Shown: one piece after another, positions 1 to 9,827 of the stretch
Numbering within the stretch: the first letter of the stretch is position 1
Layout of the letters: every line of letters starts with the position of its first letter
Source of the DNA: Spirochaetaceae bacterium
GTDB lineage: Bacteria; Spirochaetota; Spirochaetia; DSM-27196; SLAA01
Assembly: GCA_003552665.1 (NCBI GenBank)
Contig: PUNW01000392.1
Span: 1-46,930, forward strand
Reading direction: 5' to 3'
Length of the DNA: 46,930 nucleotides
Notes under the pieces: model-generated
Told to the model about the DNA's origin: nothing
The model's input: only the letters and a program-made list of their open reading frames with translations
The model's database searches: none
Position numbers and translations under genes: made by a program

Positions 1-1223
1 AGCCGCGTCATGCCGAATATAGCGAAGGCCAGAACAACAATAAGAGACAGGAATACGGGTCGGTAGGTTCCAAAGAGGTCGAACATACCTCCGGCGATTA
101 CCGGGCCGATTGCGCCGGAAATGGTGCCGACAAACAAAACCGTACCGAACAGCTGGCCGTGTGCCTGAGTTCCGAAGAACTCGGCAATCATCGGTGAGAC
201 CGCGGTAAAGGCTCCTCCGTGTGCAACGCCGTAGACTACGGCGAAAGCGTATAGCAGCATCGGGGTATAGGTGAACTGCAGCATAATAAAAGAGACGAAC
301 ATTACCGAGTAGCAGATTCGCAAAGCTCGTCGGGCGCCTATCCGATCGATGATACCTCCGGCCGTGAGCCTGCCGACGGCGCTGACCGCGCCGATTGTGG
401 AGAGAACCCCTGCAGCAACTGGTATGCTGATGCCCATGTCGGTCGCATAGGGAACGGTATGGACGATGATCGTGCGGATTGAGAAAAAGACCGCCATCTG
501 AGCGAAGCAAATCCACCGGAACGCCGGCGTGCGCATAGCGGCACGCCCCAGTTCGACACTGTGTGCGGCGGCTTCGGCGGCTGCTTTGGTCCCCCGCTGG
601 CCTTCCGGCACCGGCGGCGGGCGCGAAAACTGTGCCGCTACCAATACCAGGGGGCCGGTTACCGCCGCGATCCAGACGAAAGCGCTGCGCCAGCCGAAAC
701 TAGTAATCAAGAACGCTACAGCCGGCGGTGCAAGAACCTGTCCGGCCGAAGTACCGGTCTTAACAATTCCGGACATCTTGCCGCGCTGCCGGTCGAACCA
801 GCGCGCCACGGTGGAGAGCGTCACAACATCGTGTGACCCGAAGGCCGTCCCGACGAACAAAGCGTAGGCAAGATACAGGTGCCAGGGGGCGGTGACTTGA
901 GACATCAGAAAATACCCGCACGACACGAGGATTGCCGCACCTGAGAGGATGAGACGGGGCCCGAGACGATCGTTCAGTCGTCCGAGCACCATTGCGCTCG
1001 CACCCATTACCAGCGCCGTTACCGACGCCGCACCCGAAAGAACCGTTCGGGACCAGCCGAACTCGGCATGCAGCGCATCAAAAAAAACGCTATAGGAAAA
1101 GATTGCACCGACCAGCGTCGCCTGTACGAGGACGCTTGCGGCTACGACCACCAGTCCGTAGTTGCCCCGGTTGTTGTAACGAAAGAAGTGACGTGTGAGC
1201 TCAGCACGATGTTTGGCCCTCAT
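1..1223 (-). CDS. MFS transporter (oxalate/formate-antiporter or monocarboxylate-porter-like); 3' end lies outside the window
   Basis: A minus-strand frame is open from the window edge to the ATG at 1223-1221. It is absent from the ORF track because it is edge-truncated. My translation begins MRAKHRAELTRHFFRYNNRGNYGLVVVAASVLVQATLVGAIFSYSVFFDALHAEFGWSRTVLSGAASVTALVMGASAMVLGRLNDRLGPR. This is hydrophobic and TM-rich, with the MFS loop motif G-R-L-x-D-R-x-G-P-R. No clear SD precedes the ATG, so the start is uncertain. Confidence 0.8.
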   Translation of the reverse strand, partial: MRAKHRAELTRHFFRYNNRGNYGLVVVAASVLVQATLVGAIFSYSVFFDALHAEFGWSRTVLSGAASVTALVMGASAMVLGRLNDRLGPRLILSGAAILVSCGYFLMSQVTAPWHLYLAYALFVGTAFGSHDVVTLSTVARWFDRQRGKMSGIVKTGTSAGQVLAPPAVAFLITSFGWRSAFVWIAAVTGPLVLVAAQFSRPPPVPEGQRGTKAAAEAAAHSVELGRAAMRTPAFRWICFAQMAVFFSIRTIIVHTVPYATDMGISIPVAAGVLSTIGAVSAVGRLTAGGIIDRIGARRALRICYSVMFVSFIMLQFTYTPMLLYAFAVVYGVAHGGAFTAVSPMIAEFFGTQAHGQLFGTVLFVGTISGAIGPVIAGGMFDLFGTYRPVFLSLIVVLAFAIFGMTR

Positions 1224-1515
1224 TTAGCGCTCATTGTGCAGGAATCCGGCGCCAAAGTCGATGCCCAAGCACAAGGAGACTGCGATCGGCGCAGGGAACA
1301 TGGTGAACTGGGCAAGATATATCCGGAGATTACCGGCGAGATTTTCCGAAACTACAGCGAACGAGTGTTTAACGCGGGAGCATCTCTGCATGACCTGTCG
1401 GAACGTCATCGAGATGCCGTCATCGGGTTGCACATTGGATTGAACCGACCAGGGGCTGTCTTCACCATTTCAATCGAGAAATGACAAGCCGCTCCACGGA
1501 TATCTTACTTAGATG

Positions 1516-2322
1516 TTAGCGCGCGGATTTTACCGCTTCCATGAACTCCTTGACGCGCGACACGTCTACTTCGTTGTAGAAATTGCCGTCCCGCTTAAAG
1601 GTTGTGGCTGTGACCGCACCATCAGCAACAGCGAGTTGATCCTTAACGTTAGATAGTCTGACCCCGGTATTGGCAAATACCGGGGTATCGGGAACCGCGT
1701 CCTTGACCGCCTTTAGGAGCGATGCGTCTGTCTCTGCTCCCGCAGTCAATCCTGAGACGCACAGAACGTCCGGCTTGTTGTTGAACACAGTTGATTTGGC
1801 AATAGCCGTAATCTCTCGGCTTGCTAAATACACGGCTGCCTCAGGAACAATGTTGAAAAGCAGCCGGATGCCGTCGCCCCCTAAACGCGACCTGTGGCGT
1901 GCGACACTCCCGAAGTTTGTGTTCCATAGCCCGAAGTCACTCGCATATACTCCGGTAAATATTTCGCGAACGAACTGAGCGCCGGTGGCAACGGCAAGGT
2001 CGATCGTGGCTTTGGGGTCCCATAGTACATTGACTCCGTACGGAAGCTGTATATCCGGTTTCAGCTCTCCGATTATCCGAGCCATAGTAGTGTACGTGAT
2101 CGGCTCGACCTCCGTTAGGTACGGCAGGCTGAACTCGTTCGAGAACATTACAGCATCAACCCCGCCGGCCTCGAGTGCGAGGAGATCTCGCCTGGCGCAG
2201 TCAATTACACGGTCAATGCCCCCTTCGAAGTCATAACCCGGGTCTCCCGGGAGGGCCTGCAGGTGACACATTGCAATGATCGGCTTCTGAGTTCCAAACA
2301 GAGTACGAATCCATTCAGTCAT
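1516..2322 (-). CDS. BtpA/SgcQ-family TIM-barrel protein
   Basis: 268-aa ORF. The N-terminus (KPIIAMCHLQALPGDPGY), the length and the overall pattern match the BtpA/SgcQ family as I recall it. A GGAGGAG SD lies just upstream of the ATG at 2322. Confidence 0.8.
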   Translation of the reverse strand: MTEWIRTLFGTQKPIIAMCHLQALPGDPGYDFEGGIDRVIDCARRDLLALEAGGVDAVMFSNEFSLPYLTEVEPITYTTMARIIGELKPDIQLPYGVNVLWDPKATIDLAVATGAQFVREIFTGVYASDFGLWNTNFGSVARHRSRLGGDGIRLLFNIVPEAAVYLASREITAIAKSTVFNNKPDVLCVSGLTAGAETDASLLKAVKDAVPDTPVFANTGVRLSNVKDQLAVADGAVTATTFKRDGNFYNEVDVSRVKEFMEAVKSAR

Positions 2323-2711
2323 TGTTTTTCTCCTCCGTCGCCAGTCGGCGATCTGGCCTCGAGACCGGCTGCAATTAGCTCATATGATTTGGAAAATGCG
2401 ATTTCAGCGAACGCGCACAAGAGCAGTACAGTGACACTGGGAGCCTGATGAAAGCCGGGCACCGCAACGATTATGTGAGTGTTGGAGTCTGACCGAAATA
2501 CCAGCGCGTTCCAGAAGCTGTGAGCCGAGATTGTGAGGTTCTCGTAACCCGACAACAGTGGCGCAAGCTTGAACGCCGGCTTGTAGCTGTCGCTGACCGG
2601 ATTCTCAGCTCCGCCGTAGGTTAGCTTCACTATTGCGAGTTGTTCGAGCTGTGAGAGTTTGCGCCCTATTGTCATTTCTGCTACAAACAAGCGACTCGTT
2701 AAGTCGCGCAC
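2319..2711 (-). pseudogene. Decayed DeoR-family regulator copy (remnant), divergent from the intact DeoR gene
   Basis: The ORF begins inside the HTH. VAEMTIGRKLSQLEQLAIVKLTYGGAENPVSDSYKPAF parallels VSEMTIRRDLSQLEQFGIARRTHGGAEKLVSRSYEPPF of the neighbouring DeoR. LLSGYENLTISAHSFWNALVF..IIVAVPG parallels LLLDYRNLTIVTPSLRIALLF..SVIVSGG. The first HTH helices and about 50 internal residues are missing. The C-terminal third has no DeoR similarity and reads through the btpA SD. Confidence 0.45.
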
Positions 2712-2723
2712 CCGGGCATTGTT

Positions 2724-2733
2724 TGTTAGAACA
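2724..2733. promoter_or_regulatory. TGTTAGAACA box (TGTT-nn-AACA), candidate DeoR operator
   Basis: The arms are palindromic. Its exact reverse complement, TGTTCTAACA, occurs at 3015-3024. Both sit in the AT-rich divergent region between the DeoR remnant and the intact DeoR gene. Confidence 0.3.
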
Positions 2734-3014
2734 TGATTATATGTTGCTTTTTACTTTTTGTAAACATCCAACTTCTATGGGGGTCCCGGAAGGATGGCTT
2801 TCCGGCCCCAGTTGTCAGTCTGGAAACGTACATCGCCCGCGCTGAAAATCCGGTGCACCCGAAACAGCCGAAACCAGGTCGTAACCCGTGCAAGAAAAAG
2901 GCGCGGGCACCGCCGAGACCGCATGCTGCGACAAACGGATTTCGTGTTCAAAGCGCGCAAAAACATCGCAATCCTGTTGCGGGATTAGAAAAAGTAAGTT
3001 ATTACATAATGAGG

Positions 3015-3024
3015 TGTTCTAACA
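3015..3024. promoter_or_regulatory. TGTTCTAACA box, partner of the 2724-2733 box
   Basis: Reverse complement of the 2724-2733 box, located immediately upstream of or overlapping the DeoR start region. Confidence 0.3.
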
Positions 3025-3050
3025 CACATTTTCGGGGAGCGAATGGAATA

Positions 3051-3842
3051 GTGAGTAGCGGTCTCGAACGCCGGCGATTCATCCGAAACATGCTCGAATC
3101 AGAAGGTATCGTACAGGTTACCGATCTCGCTTTGAAGCTATCGGTTTCCGAGATGACGATTCGACGCGACCTTTCGCAGCTTGAGCAGTTCGGTATAGCT
3201 CGAAGAACACATGGCGGAGCCGAAAAACTGGTAAGCCGCAGCTACGAGCCGCCGTTTGATCTCCGAGTCGATGAATGGGCTGAAGAGAAGCGGCGGATAG
3301 CCGAGACTGCACTGCGGTACGTGAACGAAGGCGACACCGTAGCGATTGATTCCGGGACCACAGCTTTGGAGTTCGCGAAGTTGCTTCTAGATTATCGTAA
3401 TCTCACGATCGTCACTCCCAGTCTAAGGATTGCTTTGCTGTTTCTGGCACATCCGACAATCAGCGTTATTGTTTCGGGCGGCGAGATGCGCAGCCAGGAG
3501 GGCTCGCTTGTCGGCGAGTTTACGGAGCGGTTTTTTGCCGACCTGTATTTTGACACGTTTTTTCTTTCAACCGCCGGGGTGAACGCTGATGCGGGGTTAA
3601 CGGAGTATATCGTCAAGGACGCGGCAATTAAGCGGCTAATAGTTGCGCATTCTACTCGGACGGTAGCTTTAATGCTCTCGACCAAGTTTAATAAAATTAA
3701 TTTTTCTAAAGTATGTGCACTGGAGGCTATCTCTGCTCTGGTTACCGACAGCGAGCCTCAAAACCAGCTGTACCGCGCATTGACTGAAGCAGGGGTCGAG
3801 GTGAGAGTGGCCTCGGAAGCGCGAGGAGGCACGGAGCATTGA
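3051..3842 (+). CDS. DeoR-family transcriptional regulator (HTH plus sugar-phosphate-binding DeoR C-domain)
   Basis: ERRRFIRNMLESEGIVQVTDLALKLSVSEMTIRRDLSQLEQFGIARRTHGGA is a classic DeoR N-terminus, and the C-domain carries DSGTT. The tracked ORF starts at 2733, but its first ~100 aa are basic low-complexity sequence in an AT-rich spacer. I place the start at GTG 3051 (GGAG about 11 nt upstream). ATG 3009 is the alternative. Confidence 0.85.
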   Translation: MSSGLERRRFIRNMLESEGIVQVTDLALKLSVSEMTIRRDLSQLEQFGIARRTHGGAEKLVSRSYEPPFDLRVDEWAEEKRRIAETALRYVNEGDTVAIDSGTTALEFAKLLLDYRNLTIVTPSLRIALLFLAHPTISVIVSGGEMRSQEGSLVGEFTERFFADLYFDTFFLSTAGVNADAGLTEYIVKDAAIKRLIVAHSTRTVALMLSTKFNKINFSKVCALEAISALVTDSEPQNQLYRALTEAGVEVRVASEARGGTEH

Positions 3843-4047
3843 CGGCCTGCACACGGCAGCGCCTTGGAATTGGCGAACCAGTACGAGAGAGTTGTAGTTC
3901 GGCTTATTGGCTTAGAGTTCGACAAGGGCATGCCCTCCTCCTATAAAAGGCCGCCACACGAGCGGCCGGGAAGAAGGATCGGTCCGAAGGCGGGAGTGTA
4001 AGAACGCACAGAATTACAGATTTTTATTGTAGTTTCGCACATTTTCG

Positions 4048-4076
4048 TTGACTGCAGCATAACCCCGGTTTAGTAT
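4048..4076 (+). promoter_or_regulatory. Sigma70-like promoter for the ABC importer operon
   Basis: TTGACT (4048-4053), a 17-nt spacer, then TAGTAT (4071-4076), about 40 nt upstream of the ATG at 4118. Confidence 0.4.
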
Positions 4077-4117
4077 TAGCCTACGATTTTATTCCCTAAC
4101 GAATAGGAGGTGGAGGA

Positions 4118-5281
4118 ATGCAAAAGTTGCTTAAGCGTGCGGCGGTACTCCTGGTATTGCTGGCATTCGTCGGGATGCTGCTGCCGGCCGGAGGAGCGGC
4201 TGAGGCTGATCCGGAAGAGGTGGACGAGATTACGATCGCATTGGTTGCGCCGTTCACGGGGCTGGGGTCGATTCTGGGTGAGTACATCCAACGCGGGGCG
4301 AATCTGGCGGTACGTGAGATCAATGAAGCCGGCGGTGTGATGGGGGCTGAATTAGTGCTGCGTGTTTACGATACAGCAGCAGACGCGAGTACTGCGGGTA
4401 CGGTAATACGGCGCGCCATTCTTGAAGACGGCGCTGTTGCGGTTTTCGGTCCCAACATGAGCAGCGCGGTGCTTGGTGTGCATGATCTAGCCGAGCAGAA
4501 TCAAGTACCGATGCTCGTAGGTGCGACTTCTCCGTCGTTGCGCTACACCGAACATGGTAATCCGTACCTGTTCCGCCTGCGCTCCGACGATCAGGTGAAG
4601 GTGGAAATCCTAGTAGAGTACGCAATAGAAGAGCTCGGCATCGAGAATCCGGGAATTATTTACGGCTCCACCGATTTTACCATCCAGGGTTACCGTGTTG
4701 CCAGAGAGACATACGAGGCAATGGGGTACGAAGTGGCGGGTTCCGAGCAGATGAGGGAAGGGGATACCGATGCCACCGGGCAATTGCTCAGCCTCGAGGC
4801 TGCCGGAATGGACGGATTGATCGGTTTGACGCACGAACCTGAAGGCGCGGTAGTAGTTAGTCAGATGCGCGAGCTCGAGATCGACGTTCCAATTATCGGC
4901 TTCTCAGCGTGGGGTGTCCCGGCCTTCAGCGACCTTGCAGGCCGCGCTGCGCACGGTGTGTACTCGGTGCAAAGCTTCAACCCCAACGATCCTTCCGAGG
5001 CGGTTCAAAGCTTCGTTGAGGCGCACGTCGCTCAGTTTGGTCAGCGACCAAGCGATCCGGGCCCGTGCTACTACGACGGTGTGAAGTTGTTGGCTGCCGC
5101 AATTGAGCAGGCGCAGTCGCTAGACGGTGAGGTGCTTGCCCAGGCCCTTAGAGAGATCGAGTTCGAAGGTGTCCAAGGGCCGATGAAGGCCGACGAGCAC
5201 CACAACTTCACCGACCTGAGTTACATCGCGCAGTACAACTACGATGAGGACGACTGGGAGGTGATCGATATCATTCGATAG
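4118..5281 (+). CDS. ABC transporter substrate-binding protein, LivJ/HAAT (Peripla_BP_6-like) family
   Basis: The ORF has a signal peptide (MQKLLKRAAVLLVLLAFVGMLL). ITIALVAPFTGLGSILGEYIQRGANLAVREINEAGGV is the typical LivJ-type N-lobe. An AGGAGGTGGAGG SD precedes it. Confidence 0.9.
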   Translation: MQKLLKRAAVLLVLLAFVGMLLPAGGAAEADPEEVDEITIALVAPFTGLGSILGEYIQRGANLAVREINEAGGVMGAELVLRVYDTAADASTAGTVIRRAILEDGAVAVFGPNMSSAVLGVHDLAEQNQVPMLVGATSPSLRYTEHGNPYLFRLRSDDQVKVEILVEYAIEELGIENPGIIYGSTDFTIQGYRVARETYEAMGYEVAGSEQMREGDTDATGQLLSLEAAGMDGLIGLTHEPEGAVVVSQMRELEIDVPIIGFSAWGVPAFSDLAGRAAHGVYSVQSFNPNDPSEAVQSFVEAHVAQFGQRPSDPGPCYYDGVKLLAAAIEQAQSLDGEVLAQALREIEFEGVQGPMKADEHHNFTDLSYIAQYNYDEDDWEVIDIIR

Positions 5282-5462
5282 GGATAGCGACAACAACGCT
5301 GTCCGAACGAACGCGGCCGCCGGTGTATATATACCAACCTTGTTTTCGGCTTTGAAAGGCGGTCGTCGTTTTCTCTTTCGTGTCAACGCTTTGGGCAATT
5401 GAGCATACCGAGGCGGACGCGCAGGGGCGAACGTTTCAAACCTGTACAAAGGAATATGTGAA

Positions 5463-6359
5463 ATGGTTGAGCTTACTCGGTTAGTTCAGAACCTGGTTGC
5501 CGGGGTATCCGTGGGGCTTGTTTACGGCCTTATGGGTCTGGGGGTGGTCTTCCTATGGCAGAGCATCAATCGGATAAACTTTGCCAATATCAGCTCGGCG
5601 ATGCTGAGCGTTTATCTGTTTTTTGCTCTTCATACGTTTGGGGGATTGCCGATGGGGGCCGCCGCCGTGGTGGCAGTTCTCCTGGTCGGCGTCTACGGCC
5701 TTGGTCTGCGCTATTTTCTGTATGAGCCGATTACAAAGGGCGGCGGTGCCCGCCTGGAGTTCGTGGTGGCAACCCTGATGCTTACGGTGTTCTGGCTTAC
5801 CGCGATCATATCCATATTCGGTGGAATGCCGATGCGGTTCCCCCCGTTGTTTGGCGACGCAACCCGACTCGTGCGTTTTTTCGGAATAGGCGTGCGCGCA
5901 ATCTACCTTTACATGATCGTCGCGGTAGTTGTGCTGATGATAGCCTTGCGTTTCCTGTTGCGGGGTACCTTGATCGGTAAAATGCTTCGCGCTACCGCCC
6001 AGAGCAGAGAGACTGCACAGCTTATGGGGATCAACGTTAACGTAACCACAAACATCGCTTTCGTGATGGCGACCACGGTCGTGGGCATTGCGGGTCTTCT
6101 GCTCGGCCCTATCTTTCACGTGAATATTCAGCTCGGGGGAGGAGCAATCGGCATCAAAGGGTTCGCAGCTGCAGTTATGGCGGGCTTGACTGACCCGTTC
6201 GGGGCAATTCTCGGGGGCATCGTGCTCGGCGCAATGGAGAACTTCTCAACGCTCTTCATCTCGTCGGTATACCGAGACTCTATCTCCTTCGCGATTATCG
6301 TGATTGTGTTGGTAGCTAGACCGAAAGGGATCTTCAACTGGAGCTCAAAAAAGGAATAG
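5463..6359 (+). CDS. HAAT-family ABC permease (LivH-type)
   Basis: 298-aa polytopic ORF with LivH-like features (VNLVAGVSVGLVYGLMGLG, LMGINV) at the expected operon position. Confidence 0.9.
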   Translation: MVELTRLVQNLVAGVSVGLVYGLMGLGVVFLWQSINRINFANISSAMLSVYLFFALHTFGGLPMGAAAVVAVLLVGVYGLGLRYFLYEPITKGGGARLEFVVATLMLTVFWLTAIISIFGGMPMRFPPLFGDATRLVRFFGIGVRAIYLYMIVAVVVLMIALRFLLRGTLIGKMLRATAQSRETAQLMGINVNVTTNIAFVMATTVVGIAGLLLGPIFHVNIQLGGGAIGIKGFAAAVMAGLTDPFGAILGGIVLGAMENFSTLFISSVYRDSISFAIIVIVLVARPKGIFNWSSKKE

Positions 6360-6372
6360 GGGGCGGGGAGCC

Positions 6373-7404
6373 GTGCGAAAGAAGCTGCGACTGGTAATGA
6401 TTATAGGTTTTTTTGTGCTTGTGTTGGTCTACCCGCTGCAGGAGCTCAACGAGTACCGGTTGTTCGTGGTTAATCGTGGGCTGCTGCACGCGATTCTTGC
6501 CTCAGGGCTCGTGTTCTTGACCGGCTTCGCCGGACAGATCTCGCTTGGGCAGGCTGGGTTCTATGCGCTCGGAGCGTATACTTCCGCCATTATGGCGCGT
6601 GACGCAGGGATTCCGGTACCGCTATCCGTGATTTCGGGGGTGGCGGTCGCTACCGTCGCCGGGTTGATTGTGAGCGTGCCGTCGTTCAAATTGAAGGCGT
6701 TTTTCTTGTCCCTCGTGACAATAGCGTTTGGGCTAATAGTTCACCAGTTCGCCTCAAACCTTCACGGTCTCACCGGTGGTCCAAGCGGTTATTTTGGTGT
6801 GCCGCCGCTGCAGCTTGGGGGAGCGCGTTTTACGAGCAATATGCATTACTACCTGTTCTTGGTGTTGCTTGTTGCCACGGTGGTGACCATGTACAACATC
6901 AAACGCTCCTACCTGGGCCGGGCAATGTTCGCCGTAAACGATGATGATGTCGCCGCTGAAGCATGTGGCGTGAGCTCCAAACGAGCGAAAGTGTTTGCTT
7001 TCGGTTTCTCAGCGGCGCTGGCGGGGCTGGCAGGTGCGCTGCTCGCTCATTTCATGGGCTACTTGACGCCCGAACCGTTTGAGTTCTTCGACTCGTCAGA
7101 GTTTGTCGGAATGGCGGTAGTCGGCGGATTGCGTCACCTTTGGGGAGGAGTAATCGGTGGGCTCGGTTTGACCATCCTGCCCGAGATGTTACGACTGCCG
7201 TATGAAGGCTGGGAGAATTACTACCTGCTGCTGACTGCCACAGTCGTGATGGTGTTTATAGTGTTTTTGCCGCGTGGGATCGGCGACCTCGCCTCGCGAA
7301 TACTCACGTGGTTGTGGAAGAGCGGCGCTGCGAGCCACAGGCTCGAAGGCTCAGCGAGCAACGACGGTCACGCAAAGGCTGGTGAAGATGAACATACTGC
7401 TTGA
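6373..7404 (+). CDS. HAAT-family ABC permease (LivM-type)
   Basis: The ORF is polytopic and contains GQISLGQAGFYALGAYTSA, which is typical of LivM. It has a GTG start with a GGGGAG SD. Confidence 0.9.
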   Translation: MRKKLRLVMIIGFFVLVLVYPLQELNEYRLFVVNRGLLHAILASGLVFLTGFAGQISLGQAGFYALGAYTSAIMARDAGIPVPLSVISGVAVATVAGLIVSVPSFKLKAFFLSLVTIAFGLIVHQFASNLHGLTGGPSGYFGVPPLQLGGARFTSNMHYYLFLVLLVATVVTMYNIKRSYLGRAMFAVNDDDVAAEACGVSSKRAKVFAFGFSAALAGLAGALLAHFMGYLTPEPFEFFDSSEFVGMAVVGGLRHLWGGVIGGLGLTILPEMLRLPYEGWENYYLLLTATVVMVFIVFLPRGIGDLASRILTWLWKSGAASHRLEGSASNDGHAKAGEDEHTA

Positions 7405-8158
7405 AACCAAAGACCTGACCAAACGGTTTGGGGGAATCATAGCGAATAGAGACATCAGTTTGACGATAGAAGCCGGCAAGACCACCGGTTTGATTGGGCC
7501 CAACGGCTCCGGCAAAACAACCTTCATCAACCAAGTCTCCGGAGTGCTGCCTTCAACCGCAGGGAAGACCTACTTTCAGGGGAATGACATCACTACGTTA
7601 AGCGCGAACAGAATTGCGCGGCTCGGCATTGGGCGGACTTTTCAAAAAATTCAGTTATTCGAGCGCCTCAGTGTAATAGAGAATGTTCTAGTTGCCAGGC
7701 GTCACTTCTACAAGGCGAATGTTGTTGACATTGTGTTGAACACCCGCCGCAATCGACGCGAGGAACAAGCGCAGCGCGATTATGCGATGACGTTGCTTAA
7801 ACGGTTTGGGCTGGAATCTGAGGCGTCGAACCAGCCTTCGGCGCTGCCGTATGGTAAGAGGAGGGCGCTTGAGATCGCACGGGCCCTCGCGCTCGAGCCG
7901 AAACTGATTCTGCTCGATGAGCCGGCGGCGGGAATGGCGATCGAGGAATACTCCGGCATATTGTCCATCATGGAACAGCTCAAGGAAGAAGGTATCACTA
8001 TGCTGCTGGTAGAGCACACAATGGAGTTTATCAGAAGGGTAGTCGACTGGGTGTACGTTTTGAACTTCGGTGAGGTGATTTCGCAGGGGGGGTTTCGAGA
8101 CGTAGAGAAGGATGACGCGGTAATCAAGGCGTACTTGGGAGGAGACGAGGCCTTATGA
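7388..8158 (+). CDS. ABC transporter ATP-binding protein (LivG-type)
   Basis: The start is set at the in-frame ATG 7388 (MNILLETKDLTKRFGG). A Walker A motif (GPNGSGKTT) and LLLDEPAAG are present. The tracked upstream extension overlaps the LivM 3' end. Confidence 0.9.
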   Translation: MNILLETKDLTKRFGGIIANRDISLTIEAGKTTGLIGPNGSGKTTFINQVSGVLPSTAGKTYFQGNDITTLSANRIARLGIGRTFQKIQLFERLSVIENVLVARRHFYKANVVDIVLNTRRNRREEQAQRDYAMTLLKRFGLESEASNQPSALPYGKRRALEIARALALEPKLILLDEPAAGMAIEEYSGILSIMEQLKEEGITMLLVEHTMEFIRRVVDWVYVLNFGEVISQGGFRDVEKDDAVIKAYLGGDEAL

Positions 8159-8877
8159 GTAGTCTGCTGGCAGTCGAAAACCTCTCGGTAGCGTACACCG
8201 GAATCTACGCGTTACGGTCAGTCAGCTTAACGGTATACGATGGCGAGGTTGTCTCTGTACTCGGACCTAACGGTGCCGGTAAGAGCACCTTGCTGAGGAC
8301 AATCTCGGGGTTGGTGAAGCCTGACGCCGGGGCTTCGATAGGGTTCAGAAATCGTTCACTGCTCGGGATGGCGCCGTACAAAATCGCGCAGCAGGGGATA
8401 GCGCACGTGCCCGAGGGGCGGCAGGTTTTTCCCGATCTTAGTGTCGAAGAGAACCTGGAAGTTGCTGCGGCCAGGCTTGAGTCGAGCAAGCGTAAGGCGA
8501 ATATCAACGAGGTCTACGAACTGTTCGGCGAGCTTGCAACACGCACCAAACAGTATGCCGGTTCGCTGAGCGGCGGCGAACAGCAGATGCTCGCGATAGG
8601 ACGAGCGCTGGTTTCCGACTGTCACCTTATGATGATTGACGAGCCTTCGATGGGGCTTGCTCCGGTAATCGTGATGCGCATCTTCAAGACGCTTCGGGAC
8701 ATTGTTCGATCGAGGGGCTTGACCCTGTTGCTGGTTGAACAGAATGCCCGGCTGTCGCTGCAGCTCAGCGATCGGATCTATGTGCTGTCTCAAGGAGCCG
8801 TTACCTTTGAGGGGACCCCCGAGCAGGTCAAAGAAGACGAGCAGATGCGCGATTTGTACTTCGCTGCGAAGTCATAA
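8155..8877 (+). CDS. ABC transporter ATP-binding protein (LivF-type)
   Basis: An ATGA overlap joins it to the preceding gene. It has Walker A (GPNGAGKST), the signature LSGGEQQ and Walker B (MMIDEPS). Confidence 0.9.
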   Translation: MSSLLAVENLSVAYTGIYALRSVSLTVYDGEVVSVLGPNGAGKSTLLRTISGLVKPDAGASIGFRNRSLLGMAPYKIAQQGIAHVPEGRQVFPDLSVEENLEVAAARLESSKRKANINEVYELFGELATRTKQYAGSLSGGEQQMLAIGRALVSDCHLMMIDEPSMGLAPVIVMRIFKTLRDIVRSRGLTLLLVEQNARLSLQLSDRIYVLSQGAVTFEGTPEQVKEDEQMRDLYFAAKS

Positions 8878-8910
8878 AGCGCGACGAAGGGTGTGCAGGG
8901 TATCCGGAGT

Positions 8911-9750
8911 ATGAAACTGGCGTTCATGTGGATCGACCCCCAGGTCTCACTGGGGCATGCGGTGACCGGGTTGCGCGGACAGTTTGGGCAGGTTGTGCAT
9001 CTGCTTCTCGAGCACGGGTATGACGCGGTGGAGGTCATGCTCGGCGATCCGTTCCTTTTCGACCTGGACGAGGTCTCGACGGTCGTGCGGAAAACGGGCA
9101 TAGACGTGATACAGCTATGCACCGGAGAGTATTACGGCAGCTATGCAGTCTGTCTGAACCACCCAGACCGCGAGGTCCGGAATAGGGCCCGAGCCTGGGG
9201 TGAGCGTACGGTAAAACTTGCGGACATCATGCAATGTCCCGTGAGTGTAGGTAGGTTCAGAGGCGGCATTTGGGACGACGGCCGTCAGTGCTCGATGGAG
9301 CGGATGGCCGAGAGCATGGTCTTTCTCGACAAGGTAGCAGCCTCGCGCGGGGTTGAGGTGTTGCTCGAGCCTCTGCGCAAGGAGATATGCAGTACGCTCA
9401 ACTCCGTCGAGGAAACGGTAGGGTTCATTACTCAAAACGCGCTGGACGCAACCGCGATGATGCTCGACACCGACCACACAGCCATTGAAAATGAAGAACC
9501 GGCGATTCGAAACAACCATAGCGCGGTTGGAGTCGTCCATCTGGCCGACAGCGGACACCAGCCTCTGGGATGCGGCTCGGTGCGGTTTGATCGATACTTT
9601 GAGGTGTTGGCGGAGATCGGGTACGGCGGCCCGTTGAGCGTGGAGGTCTTCCCCAGGGACAATGGGGGCGAGATTCTCGCCTCTTCGGTTGAGTATCTGC
9701 GGCAGTTCATAACGAGAGACGAGGAACGTGGCGTGTGGCAATGGCTATAG
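8911..9750 (+). CDS. Sugar-phosphate isomerase/epimerase (xylose-isomerase-like TIM barrel)
   Basis: The pattern ...GYDAVEV..., ...LLEPL..., ...DTDH..., ...HLAD..., ...LSVEVF... is typical of the AP_endonuc_2 / xylose-isomerase-like fold. The start could be ATG 8911 (GGAG upstream) or GTG 8893. Confidence 0.7.
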   Translation: MKLAFMWIDPQVSLGHAVTGLRGQFGQVVHLLLEHGYDAVEVMLGDPFLFDLDEVSTVVRKTGIDVIQLCTGEYYGSYAVCLNHPDREVRNRARAWGERTVKLADIMQCPVSVGRFRGGIWDDGRQCSMERMAESMVFLDKVAASRGVEVLLEPLRKEICSTLNSVEETVGFITQNALDATAMMLDTDHTAIENEEPAIRNNHSAVGVVHLADSGHQPLGCGSVRFDRYFEVLAEIGYGGPLSVEVFPRDNGGEILASSVEYLRQFITRDEERGVWQWL

Positions 9751-9827
9751 GCTGCTCGTCTGTGCCGTGGCTCATCTGTGTCGTGAACAAGGATCGAACC
9801 GAATAGACGCCGGCGCCACCTTGTGCC

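Noticed and set aside
2733-3050. N-terminal ~100-aa extension of the DeoR ORF as tracked (start 2733)
   Set aside because: The extension lies in the AT-rich divergent spacer and is basic low-complexity sequence (KKARAPPRPHAATNG...). It has no counterpart in DeoR proteins. The canonical DeoR N-terminus begins near 3051.
5325-5334. GTATATATAC perfect palindrome in the spacer between the binding-protein and permease genes
   Set aside because: It is only 10 bp and AT-only, so it would be easily found by chance in an AT patch. No flanking stem or U-tract supports an attenuator or terminator call.
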